Source: an uncultured bacterium (GTDB lineage Bacteria; Acidobacteriota; Thermoanaerobaculia; Multivoradales; JAHZIX01). From it: a stretch of DNA of 64,000 nucleotides. Positions 51,201 to 58,926 of the stretch are shown here, one piece after another. Below the pieces are notes generated by a model, which was not told the origin of the DNA, searched no databases, and was given only the letters and a program-made list of their open reading frames with translations. Both the position numbers and the translations under genes were made by a program. Location: NCBI GenBank assembly GCA_965368975.1, contig CBDUPA010000020.1, positions 1 to 64,000 of the forward strand, read 5' to 3'. How positions within the stretch are numbered: the first letter of the stretch is position 1; every line of letters begins with the position of its first letter.

Positions 51201-51625
51201 TCGAGGCGTTGCCGTCGCTGGCTGAGGTGCGCGAGCGGATGGAGAAGGCTTTTGTGCCGCCGCGCAACGAGAGCGAGACCCAACTGGCCGAGATCTGGAA
51301 AGAGGTGCTCGGCGTGCCGCGTGTCGGCATCAACGACAACTTCTTCGAACTCGGTGGTCACTCGCTGCTGGCCACGCGCGTCATCTCGCGCATGCGCCAG
51401 CGCTTCAGCGTCGAGGTGCCGCTGCGGGCGCTGTTCGAGGTACCCAGCGTCGCCGGTCTGGTCGAAGCCATGGACGCTGGCCGCTTCAACGCCGTCGAGA
51501 AAGACGAACTGGATGACCTGCAGCCGGGTAGCAGTCTGGAACTGGAAGATCAGCTCGCCGAACTCGAGGCGATGTCGGACGAAGAAGCGGAAGCGGCGCT
51601 GGAGCGCGAGTCGATCCTGGACTGA
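48299..51625 (+). CDS. Single-module NRPS: degenerate condensation-like domain, adenylation domain (Asp code) and PCP
   Basis: FRLSPQQ, LVARHEVLRT, QYVDYAEWQ; YVIFTSGSTGRPKG, NHYGPSE, YRTGD, GRVDHQVKFHGFRIE, LNLNGKV; FFELGGHSLL; no TE. Confidence 0.92.
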   Translation: MTESTEAFRLSPQQHRLWRLDPEGQSGLLQARVVLEMEGPVLPDRLRAALEQLVARHEVLRTGFRAQPGFKVPFQVLPEDRSVEWHEGAAPGALTPEQVRAGGLHAYFEPEGAVSRLHLAVPSACLDAPGWTDLVNQLAALYAGAGTADGDADVAAEPLQYVDYAEWQLELLESDDPTAVAGREYWQAIDLPALASPRLPMEFDTPAIPEAARSSVDLDLDANLVSGVEGLAERLEIPALAIWLSVWRWLLGRHLRRTGDGAEPGLVVRFDGRGFDELEGALGAFARWLPLSADQGVLHDGGSALRAEDYLRRTATILQELDQNQPFFAWPEAHETLVPAFGFEQDAPPEVVPAGDVEFRLTERWVEGDRTRLTLSVFGRRLRLSYDQHAFDATDVERLAAEIVSLVSGLLAAPEQPMPRLPYLPARERARVVEAFNAQAAAGDAAGSWIPDRILDAAARHPDRVAVVFENTFLSYGALDHLSALLASRLRTLGADGCEDGSRGVSVDHTVALCLERSAQLLIALLGILRAGAAYAPLDPDQPQRRLTSMLDDLASDAGDARLAPVLITDRTTPEILQESARATLFLDDLAAAAVRGETPDPADVRCRVTLEPASLAYVIFTSGSTGRPKGVAVSHAALQHYLGGATSAMDLPAGATYATVSTFGADLGNTSIFPALCTGGTLHVLSRDRAADAAAFADYFQHYTVDCLKIVPSHLQALHESADGRRVLPHGRLVVGGEASERDWLQQLAASTPGCRVFNHYGPSEATVGSLVREVDPGTPLDRRCATVPIGHPLPGSRVFLLDAQGRPVPAWVPGEIHIGGSGLARGYLGRPALTAEVFVPDALSGASGGRLYRTGDLARHVGDPRGEGVEFLGRVDHQVKFHGFRIELDELRDVLNQHEGVRTSVVRLLQDQHGHDVLVAYYVSRHELESADLRATLAEEIPEETLPNVFVHLRKLPLNLNGKVNVEALPSLAEVRERMEKAFVPPRNESETQLAEIWKEVLGVPRVGINDNFFELGGHSLLATRVISRMRQRFSVEVPLRALFEVPSVAGLVEAMDAGRFNAVEKDELDDLQPGSSLELEDQLAELEAMSDEEAEAALERESILD

Positions 51626-51627
51626 GC

Positions 51628-53622
51628 CTAGGCGAGGGCCCTGGCCTGGCGCCGGTTGAGCAGGGCGATGACGGTCAGCAGCGCGGCTCCGCTCGTTGCC
51701 AGAATCGGGAATGCAAGCCCTGCCAGCGTGACCGGTTGCTCGGGTAGCAGTAGGAGCAGGCCGGAGAGCAACAGGACGCCACGCTGCCACAGAGCCAGCG
51801 GTGCGAAGAGATAGCCGACGATGCCAGCCGCGAACGGCACGATGCCGAAGACCGCCAAGCCCACCGCGACCGCCACGGTGGTCCAGCCCGCGCTGCTGCC
51901 GTCCGGCGCCAGCAACAACAGCTCCGGTTGCAGCACGAACATGTAGGGAAGTACGAAGCCGACGAGTGCGAAGCGGAAGGCCGCCAGGCTGGTCTTCATC
52001 AGCGACGAGTCCGCGATCGAAGCCGCGGCGTAGGCGGCGAGCGCTACCGGTGGTGTCACCATCGACATCATGCCGAAGTAGAAGATGAACAGATGCGCGG
52101 CCAGCGGCACCACCCCGAGCTGTCCCAGCACCGGTCCGATCAAGGTCGCCATCAACAAGTAGCAGACAGCGGACGGCAGTCCCATGCCGAGGATGATCGA
52201 GCTGACCATGATGGCGACCAGCGCCAGCATCAGGTTCTGCTCGGCCAGCGGCACGATCGCGGCCGGCAGGCGAGTACCGATGCCGGTCAGAGTCACCACG
52301 CCGAGAATGATGCCGACGCACGAGGCTGCGCTGACCAGCGGGATGACGTCGCGTGCCGACTTGCTGAGGGCATCGAGCAGCCGCAGCCACGACAGGCGCG
52401 TCTCGGCTCGCAGGCTGCTGATCAGGATCACCACACCGAGGGCGAGCGTCACCGCACGGAACGGCGTGTAGCCCATCAGCAGGAAGACGATCAGACCGAC
52501 GAAACTGGTGGCGAAAACAATTCCCGCGAACGGATGGTGGGAAGCGTCGCGTGTCTCTTCGTCTCCGGGTACCTTCACTTTCAACGCCGTGGCGGCAGGT
52601 TCCGTGGACGTGCTCTCCGCCGCCGCGGCCCCGATCTTGCGCGCGTAGAGATGCACGATCAAGAACAAGGAGAGGTAGTACAGGATCGCTGGCACCAATG
52701 CAGCCCGGATGATCTGCAGGTACGTCACCTGCGGCTCGATGATCTCGAGCATCATGTAAGCGCCGGCCCCCATGACTGGCGGAACCAGGGCTCCGCCCGA
52801 GCTGGCCGCCGCTTCCACGCCACCCGCCACGTGTGGCTTGAAGCCCGAGCCGCGCATCATTGGGATCGTGAAGGTTCCTGTCGTCGCAGTATTGGCCACT
52901 GCACTGCCAGAGAGCGAGCCCATCAAGCCGCTGCTCAGCACGGCCACTTTGGCCGCGCCGCCCGAGCTACCTTGGAACAGGCGCCGCGTGAAACGGATGA
53001 TGAAGCCGGTGGCTCCCGTTGCTTGTAGCAGTGCGCCAAAGAGCACGAAGAGGAAGACGTAGGTCAGCATGACGCGCAAAGCAATACCGAACACGCCTTG
53101 GCTGTGCAAGAAGGTCTGCGACACGATGCGCTCGACGTCGTAGCCTCGGTGGGGGAACAGCCAGTCCGGCATCGACTGGCCCCAAACCGCGTAGGCGAGA
53201 AAGAACGAGGCCAAGATGGGCAGTGCCGGCCCGATTGCCCGGCGCGTGGCTTCCAGAACCAGCAACAAGCCCAGTACGCCGACGGTCAGATCCAGCGTCG
53301 TTTCGTGTGCTGCTCGGTTGCCCAGGCTCTGGCCGCCGAGCCAGAAGCGCTCGAATAAGGGCTCTGTCTGCACCGTCAGGTACAGGCTGCACAGCGCGCT
53401 CAGCAACGCCAGGAATCGATCGCTCCAACGCGCCCAGCTCGCATCCCGCAAGCTGGAGTGTGCCGGCACGCTGAGGAAGCACAGCACCAGGCCGAATCCC
53501 GCGAAGATGGCGAGCTGTGACAAGGGCCGCAGCAGCGGGTAGTTGACCTCCGCCACCGTGAAGAGGCAGAGCACGATGCCGAGCGTGCGGAAGAGTGTCG
53601 AGGCGCTGGCGCGTTGGCTCAT
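51628..53622 (-). CDS. TRAP transporter fused 4TM/12TM permease (TAXI type)
   Basis: LEATRR, GGAAKVAVLSS..MGSLSGSAVAN, ASSGG..VPPVMGA, LGMGLP, TPPVALA. Confidence 0.93.
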   Translation of the reverse strand: MSQRASASTLFRTLGIVLCLFTVAEVNYPLLRPLSQLAIFAGFGLVLCFLSVPAHSSLRDASWARWSDRFLALLSALCSLYLTVQTEPLFERFWLGGQSLGNRAAHETTLDLTVGVLGLLLVLEATRRAIGPALPILASFFLAYAVWGQSMPDWLFPHRGYDVERIVSQTFLHSQGVFGIALRVMLTYVFLFVLFGALLQATGATGFIIRFTRRLFQGSSGGAAKVAVLSSGLMGSLSGSAVANTATTGTFTIPMMRGSGFKPHVAGGVEAAASSGGALVPPVMGAGAYMMLEIIEPQVTYLQIIRAALVPAILYYLSLFLIVHLYARKIGAAAAESTSTEPAATALKVKVPGDEETRDASHHPFAGIVFATSFVGLIVFLLMGYTPFRAVTLALGVVILISSLRAETRLSWLRLLDALSKSARDVIPLVSAASCVGIILGVVTLTGIGTRLPAAIVPLAEQNLMLALVAIMVSSIILGMGLPSAVCYLLMATLIGPVLGQLGVVPLAAHLFIFYFGMMSMVTPPVALAAYAAASIADSSLMKTSLAAFRFALVGFVLPYMFVLQPELLLLAPDGSSAGWTTVAVAVGLAVFGIVPFAAGIVGYLFAPLALWQRGVLLLSGLLLLLPEQPVTLAGLAFPILATSGAALLTVIALLNRRQARALA

Positions 53623-53629
53623 CGAGCGG

Positions 53630-54625
53630 TCACTCGGTCAGGATGCCGGCTTCCCGGTAGTAGCGCAGAGCACCGGGATGGAACTCGGTGCCCGTGTCGC
53701 GCAACACGTTGTTGGCGTTGATCGCGCGCCCCGCCGGATGCTTCTCGACGACCTGCTCACGGTTCTCGTACAGGCTCTTGGTCACCTGGTAGACGAGTTC
53801 TTCGTCTTGGTCGGTACCGACGATCAGGTGCATGGACCCGACGTTGAGCCCCTGGTAGTCCTCGTCCAGTCCCTGGTAGGTACCGGCTGGGATGATCGCG
53901 GGATGGAAGAATGAGTAGTCGGCGACCAGCTGTTCGCGAATAGCTGGGTCGAAGGGGATGAAGCGCAGGTCGAGCGTGGTCGACGCTTGCACCAGCGACG
54001 CGGTGGGCACCGCGCCACCCAGGAAGGCCGCATCGGCGGCGCCGTCGGAGAGCAGGTCGACGGCGGCTTGCTGCGTGCCGTTGAGCTCGGTGAAGTCGTC
54101 ATAGGTGACGCCGTGGGCCTCCAGCAGCGGCCGGATGAAGTACTCGAAGCCGGCGCCCGCCGGGCCGACGACAACACGCTTGCCCTTCAGGTCGGCCAGC
54201 GTCTCGATGCCGCTGTTCTTGGGGGTCACGAAGAGCGCGACGTTGGGGGCCAGCGTCATGATGGCGCGCATGTCGTACGGTTGCTCCCAGCCGCCTTCGC
54301 CGCGCACCGCGAAGTAGGTAATGGCGGCATTCGACAGGGCGAGGTCGAGTTGCTTGGCTTGCAGGCGGCGGATGTTCTCCTGCGAGCCGCTGGTGGCCTC
54401 GGCGGTCACGCGCCAGTCGGTGTCACCGGAATTCGCTTGCAGGGTGTCGGCCAGGGCGCCACCGACGACGAAGAACGCGCCTCCCTGAGGGGCGGTGCCG
54501 ATCGAGAGGAAGACGGTTTCTTGGATGTCGCCGTCGCTGGATGCGTCACCGGAGGGGCCGCCTCCGCAGGCGACGGAGAGCAGGAGAGTCAGCAGAGCGA
54601 GGGTGGTCAAAGCGGTACGGATCAT
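53630..54625 (-). CDS. TAXI-family TRAP solute-binding lipoprotein
   Basis: Lipobox SVAC, IGTAPQGG, ATSGSQEN, DLKGKRVVVG..G, FHPGALRYY.E. Confidence 0.92.
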   Translation of the reverse strand: MIRTALTTLALLTLLLSVACGGGPSGDASSDGDIQETVFLSIGTAPQGGAFFVVGGALADTLQANSGDTDWRVTAEATSGSQENIRRLQAKQLDLALSNAAITYFAVRGEGGWEQPYDMRAIMTLAPNVALFVTPKNSGIETLADLKGKRVVVGPAGAGFEYFIRPLLEAHGVTYDDFTELNGTQQAAVDLLSDGAADAAFLGGAVPTASLVQASTTLDLRFIPFDPAIREQLVADYSFFHPAIIPAGTYQGLDEDYQGLNVGSMHLIVGTDQDEELVYQVTKSLYENREQVVEKHPAGRAINANNVLRDTGTEFHPGALRYYREAGILTE

Positions 54626-54754
54626 CGGAAAAGTCCTCTCGAGTAGAAGTGCGAGCAAGTCTTCGGGTAGCCAGAAACCGAGCGTCCAGAGAGGGTGTCC
54701 GACTACGCTTGTCGGAGGCAAGCATACACCGGCCCTAGGCGTCCAGGCGCTCCG

Positions 54755-55435
54755 TTACTTCTTACGCCGTTGCCGCAGGGACAGATTCCGCTTCGCCTCT
54801 TCAGCTTTCTTCTTGTTGGTCGCCGCCCACGAGCAAATGGGGCAGGCGTCGAGATCGTGGTAGAGGGCAGGGCAGTGCTCGCGGCCGAAGTAGATGATCT
54901 GTAGGTGCAGCTTGTTCCAGGCGTCTTCCGGAAAGACCCTCTTGAGGTCGTCCTCGGTGCGCTTGACGCTCGAACCGTTGGACAGTCCCCAGCGTTCAGC
55001 CAGGCGGTGGATGTGGGTGTCGACCGGGAAGGCCGGCAGGCCGAAAGCCTGCGACCGCACCACGGACGCCGTCTTGTGCCCGACGCCGGGTAGCGCCTCC
55101 AACTCGTCGAAGCTGTTCGGTACCTCGCCGCCGTGACGGTCGACCAGAATCTCTGCCATCTGCTGCAGCCGCTTCGCCTTCTGTGGTGCCAGGCCGATCT
55201 CGCGGATCAGCTCGCGAATCTCGTCCACCGGAACCTTGGCCATCACGGCCGGGGTCGGGGCACGCTGGAAGAGCGCTGGCGTCACCTCGTTGACCTTCTT
55301 GTCGGTCGTCTGCGCGGAGAGGACGACGGCGACCAGCAGGGTAAAAGGGTCCACGTGGTCGAGCGGAATCGGGACTTCCGGATGGAGCTGATCGAGAATC
55401 TCTTGGATGCGTTGAGCTTTTTCCTGACGCGTCAT
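54755..55435 (-). CDS. nth: Endonuclease III
   Basis: LLVAVVLSAQTTDK, LPGVGHKTA (HhH, catalytic K), FPVDTH; variant Cys tail. Confidence 0.93.
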   Translation of the reverse strand: MTRQEKAQRIQEILDQLHPEVPIPLDHVDPFTLLVAVVLSAQTTDKKVNEVTPALFQRAPTPAVMAKVPVDEIRELIREIGLAPQKAKRLQQMAEILVDRHGGEVPNSFDELEALPGVGHKTASVVRSQAFGLPAFPVDTHIHRLAERWGLSNGSSVKRTEDDLKRVFPEDAWNKLHLQIIYFGREHCPALYHDLDACPICSWAATNKKKAEEAKRNLSLRQRRKK

Positions 55436-55558
55436 GAAGATCTCTCCGAGAGGATCGAGTTGGTTTGCGGGGCGATAGGTCTGGAGGGGTGCCGGTTGCG
55501 AGGACGCTGCAGTGTATCTCAGCGCATCGCCGTGGCCCCGCGTCCAGTCCAGTTGAAG

Positions 55559-56677
55559 TCAGGCGTTGTTGGCGAGTTCGTCGAGCAGGTCCGCAGCTGG
55601 ACGATCGAAGCCGAGCAGTCGCGGTTCCGGTTGCAGCGTGACGCCGAACTTCGTGCGCACGCCGTGACGAATACGTGCCGCCAGCCGCAAGAGGTCGATG
55701 GCCTGGGCACCACCGCGGTTGATCAGGGCCAGCGTGTGGTTCGTCGACAGTCCGGCCGGACCGAGTTCGTAGCCACGCGGAAAGCCGGCTTCCTCGATCA
55801 GCCAGGCGGCCGAGAGCTTCCTGCCACCGGCGGTTGCCTCGAACATCGGCAGCTCACGCCGCACCGCTAGTTCCGTTGCCGCCCGCCGCACCGCTTCCGC
55901 CTCTGCGGGTGTCACGATCGGGTTGACGAAGAAGGAGCCGGCGGAGCGCCGATTGGGATCGTGCGGGTCGAGCACCATCGACTTCTCGCGCCGCACTTGC
56001 AAGACAGCGTCGCGCAGCTGCCGCAGGGGCGCTCGCTCCGGCGTTGCGAGACGCCGCCGCAGGTCGGGATAGCGAGCGGTGCCCCAGTCGCGCACGGGCA
56101 GACGGAAGTCGACGTCGGTAATCACGTAGCGGTCGAGATCGTAAGTCTTGAAGCGGCTGGTGCGATAGCCGAAACCGCACTCGACGGCGTCGAAACTGAC
56201 TTGACGTCTGTCCGCGAGATCGAGTGCCCAGACCGTCGCGATGGTGTCGGCGACTTCTTGTCCGTAAGCACCGATATTCTGGATTGGTGCCGCGCCCACG
56301 GTTCCGGGAATGCCGCTCAAACACTCCAGCCCGGCGAGACCTTGCTCGATGGTCCAGGCGACGAAGGCATCCCAGTCCTTGCCAGCGGCGACCCGAACGT
56401 GGACCACCGGGTCCGCGTCGCGTCGCGAACGCTGCAGCACCTCGATGTCGTCCGCGGCATAGATGACCACCAAGCCCGGGAAACCCGCGTCCGCCACCAG
56501 CAGATTGCTACCGCTGCCGAGAACGACCGTCGCGACCTCCTGCCGCCGTGCCCAGGTCAGCGTTTGGTACAGGACCTTCGCGTTCCGGCAGTGCGCCAGG
56601 TAGCGTGCCGGTCCGCCGACCCCGAAGGTCGTGCGAGGGGCGAGGGGGGCGTCGTGTTGGAGGTCAGGATCTTTCAT
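55559..56677 (-). CDS. murB: UDP-N-acetylenolpyruvoylglucosamine reductase
   Basis: TTFGVGG, LGSGSNLL, GIPGTVGAAPIQNIGAYG, GYRTS.FK, SAGSFF.NP, HTLALIN, L.PEP. Confidence 0.95.
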   Translation of the reverse strand: MKDPDLQHDAPLAPRTTFGVGGPARYLAHCRNAKVLYQTLTWARRQEVATVVLGSGSNLLVADAGFPGLVVIYAADDIEVLQRSRRDADPVVHVRVAAGKDWDAFVAWTIEQGLAGLECLSGIPGTVGAAPIQNIGAYGQEVADTIATVWALDLADRRQVSFDAVECGFGYRTSRFKTYDLDRYVITDVDFRLPVRDWGTARYPDLRRRLATPERAPLRQLRDAVLQVRREKSMVLDPHDPNRRSAGSFFVNPIVTPAEAEAVRRAATELAVRRELPMFEATAGGRKLSAAWLIEEAGFPRGYELGPAGLSTNHTLALINRGGAQAIDLLRLAARIRHGVRTKFGVTLQPEPRLLGFDRPAADLLDELANNA

Positions 56678-58878
56678 GTTGCCAGGGAGGCGGCTGCCAG
56701 GAGCCGATCCGCCAAGCGGGTGTTGCGCTTGCGCGTGTCCTGTTGCCGCACGGCGGTGGCGAGTGCGCGACGCTGGCCGACGAGGACGACGAGCTTCTTG
56801 GCCCGTGTGACGGCGGTGTAGAGCAGGTTGCGCTGCAGCATCAGGAAGTGTTGGTGGTGCACGGGCGCGACGACGCAGGGGTACTCACTGCCCTGGGATT
56901 TGTGGATCGTGCACGCATAGGCCGGGACGAGCTCGTCGAGATCCGACCACTCGTAGTGCACGTCGCGGCCGTCGAAGTCGACAGTGAGTTCCTTTTCTTC
57001 CTTGTCCAGGTTCGTCACCCTGCCGATGTCGCCATTGAAGACTTCGAGGTCGTAATTGTTGCGCAGCTGCATCACCTTGTCGCCCAGGCTCAGGCGACGA
57101 TCGCCGCGCTCGAGCGCCGGCCGGCCGGGGTTGAGGCGTTGCTGCAGTTCGACGTTGAGCCGCGTGACGCCCAGCGGGCCGCGGTTCATGGGAGTCAGCA
57201 GCTGCACCTCGGTGATCGGGTCGAAGCCGAAGCTGCGCGGGATGCGGTCGGCGATCAGGTGCAGGAGGGTGTCGAGGACGTCGGCGGGATCGTCGCGTTC
57301 GATGAAGAAGAAGTCGTACTTGGACGGATCTCCCTCCACATCGACCAGCGGCGTCTCGCCGTGGTTGATGCGGTGGGCATTGACCACGATGCGGCTCTGC
57401 GCGGCTTGGCGGAAGATCTCGGTCAGGCGCACCAAGGGAACGCGGCCGCTGAGGATCAGGTCGTGCAGGACACGGCCGGGGCCGACCGAGGGCAGCTGAT
57501 CGGCGTCACCGACCAGGATCAGGCGGCCACCAGCGGGTACCGCGCGGGCGACGTGACGAGCCAGCGAAGTATCGAGCATCGAGGCTTCGTCGACGATCAG
57601 CAGGTCACACTCTAGTGGGCGTTCCGGGTTGCGCAGGAAGGTGCCCTGACGCGGGTCGAACTCGAGCAGCCGGTGTACGGTTTTGGCTTCGCGGCTGGTC
57701 GCCTCTCCGAGGCGGCGGGCCGCTCGGCCGGTAGGGGCAGCGAGCTGGATGTGACCACCCTTGCGCTGCAGGATCTCGACGATGCCGCGGACCAGCGTTG
57801 TCTTGCCCGTGCCGGGACCGCCGGTGATCACCAACACCGGTGCCGTCAAGCCCTGAGCGATGGCAGCCCTTTGTTGCGTCGCCAGCTCCAGGCCCTCTTG
57901 TTTCTCGAACCAGGAAAGCGCTGTCTCGACGTCGATCTTGGGGCCTCTGACCGCGGTGGCCAGCAGGTGACTCAGATGCAAGGCTAGTTCGGCCTCGGCC
58001 TTGTACAAGGGTTTCGGGTAGACCACGGGCGCGGCGAAGGATGCCGCCTCTTCCACCACGGCCCGCCCAGCTCGCGCCAAGTCTTCGATGGCTGTGTCCA
58101 CCGCGTCTTCTGCAACGCCCAGGAGTTCGCAGGCCGCTGTCTTCAGCTCGTCCGCGGGCAAGAACATGTGTCCATGGCCACCGGCCTGGTCGAGCAAGTA
58201 GAGCACGCCGGCCTTGATGCGCTCGGGGGCGTCGCGTGGAATGCCCAGGTTGCCAGCGATGCGGTCCGCGCTCTTGAACCCGATACCGAAGATATCGACC
58301 GCCAAGCGATATGGATTCTCCTTGACCTTCTCCATCGCCTCGGCGCCGTAGACTTTGTAGATGCGCACGGCGTATGCCGTCGAGATGCCCTGGGAGTGCA
58401 GGAAGACCATCACCTCCTGGATGTCACGCTGCTCCTGCCAGGCGCCCAGGATCTTCTGCACCGTCTTGCTGCCGATCCCGGGAATCTGCTTCAGGCGTTC
58501 CGGATGGTGCGTAATGACTTCCAGCGTTTCGGCGCCGAAGTGGTCCACCATGCGCTTGGCGTAGCCGGGACCGACACCCGGGATCAGGCCAGAGGCCAGG
58601 TAGCGCTCGATGCCTTCCGGTGTGCTGGGGTGGATCTTGCGATACGTGTCGGCACGGAACTGCTGGCCGTACTTGCGGTCTTGGATCCAGCGGCCGTTGA
58701 AATGCAACCGCTCGCCCTCGGCCACGGTCAACACATTGCCGACCACCGTCGCTGCTTCGCGATGGCCCTCGACTTCGACGCGCAGCACGCTCCAGCCGCT
58801 TTCCTCGTCGGTGAAAACGATGCGCTCGAGCACACCCTCCAGGGTGGTTTCGGCTCCGAAGTCTCGTGGATCGGTCAC
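56674..58878 (-). CDS. recD2: RecD2 (SF1B, RecD/TraA family) helicase
   Basis: N-terminal OB and HhH domains, TGGPGTGKT, APTGRAA, VDEASM, GDADQLPSVG, IFRQ, TIHKSQGSEY, YTAVTRAK; start GTG 58878 or TTG 58917. Confidence 0.93.
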   Translation of the reverse strand: MTDPRDFGAETTLEGVLERIVFTDEESGWSVLRVEVEGHREAATVVGNVLTVAEGERLHFNGRWIQDRKYGQQFRADTYRKIHPSTPEGIERYLASGLIPGVGPGYAKRMVDHFGAETLEVITHHPERLKQIPGIGSKTVQKILGAWQEQRDIQEVMVFLHSQGISTAYAVRIYKVYGAEAMEKVKENPYRLAVDIFGIGFKSADRIAGNLGIPRDAPERIKAGVLYLLDQAGGHGHMFLPADELKTAACELLGVAEDAVDTAIEDLARAGRAVVEEAASFAAPVVYPKPLYKAEAELALHLSHLLATAVRGPKIDVETALSWFEKQEGLELATQQRAAIAQGLTAPVLVITGGPGTGKTTLVRGIVEILQRKGGHIQLAAPTGRAARRLGEATSREAKTVHRLLEFDPRQGTFLRNPERPLECDLLIVDEASMLDTSLARHVARAVPAGGRLILVGDADQLPSVGPGRVLHDLILSGRVPLVRLTEIFRQAAQSRIVVNAHRINHGETPLVDVEGDPSKYDFFFIERDDPADVLDTLLHLIADRIPRSFGFDPITEVQLLTPMNRGPLGVTRLNVELQQRLNPGRPALERGDRRLSLGDKVMQLRNNYDLEVFNGDIGRVTNLDKEEKELTVDFDGRDVHYEWSDLDELVPAYACTIHKSQGSEYPCVVAPVHHQHFLMLQRNLLYTAVTRAKKLVVLVGQRRALATAVRQQDTRKRNTRLADRLLAAASLAT

Positions 58879-58926
58879 GATTTTCAGTCTATCGCCTTCC
58901 GGCCCAATATGTGCCAAAATGACGCC

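Noticed and set aside
46699-54625. tRNA-anchored genomic island carrying the NRPS
   Set aside because: No integrase, no duplicated tRNA 3' end and no obvious compositional shift seen.
58902-58916. TGGCAC-ATATT-GGGC, a sigma-54-like GG-N10-GC motif pointing into recD2
   Set aside because: The -12 element lacks TTGC, and a sigma70 -10 (TAGACT) at leaderless spacing already explains recD2 expression.
58168-58926. N-terminal 253 aa of the 715-aa sigma-54 regulator ORF
   Set aside because: Antisense to recD2; the receiver domain starts at ATG 58927.
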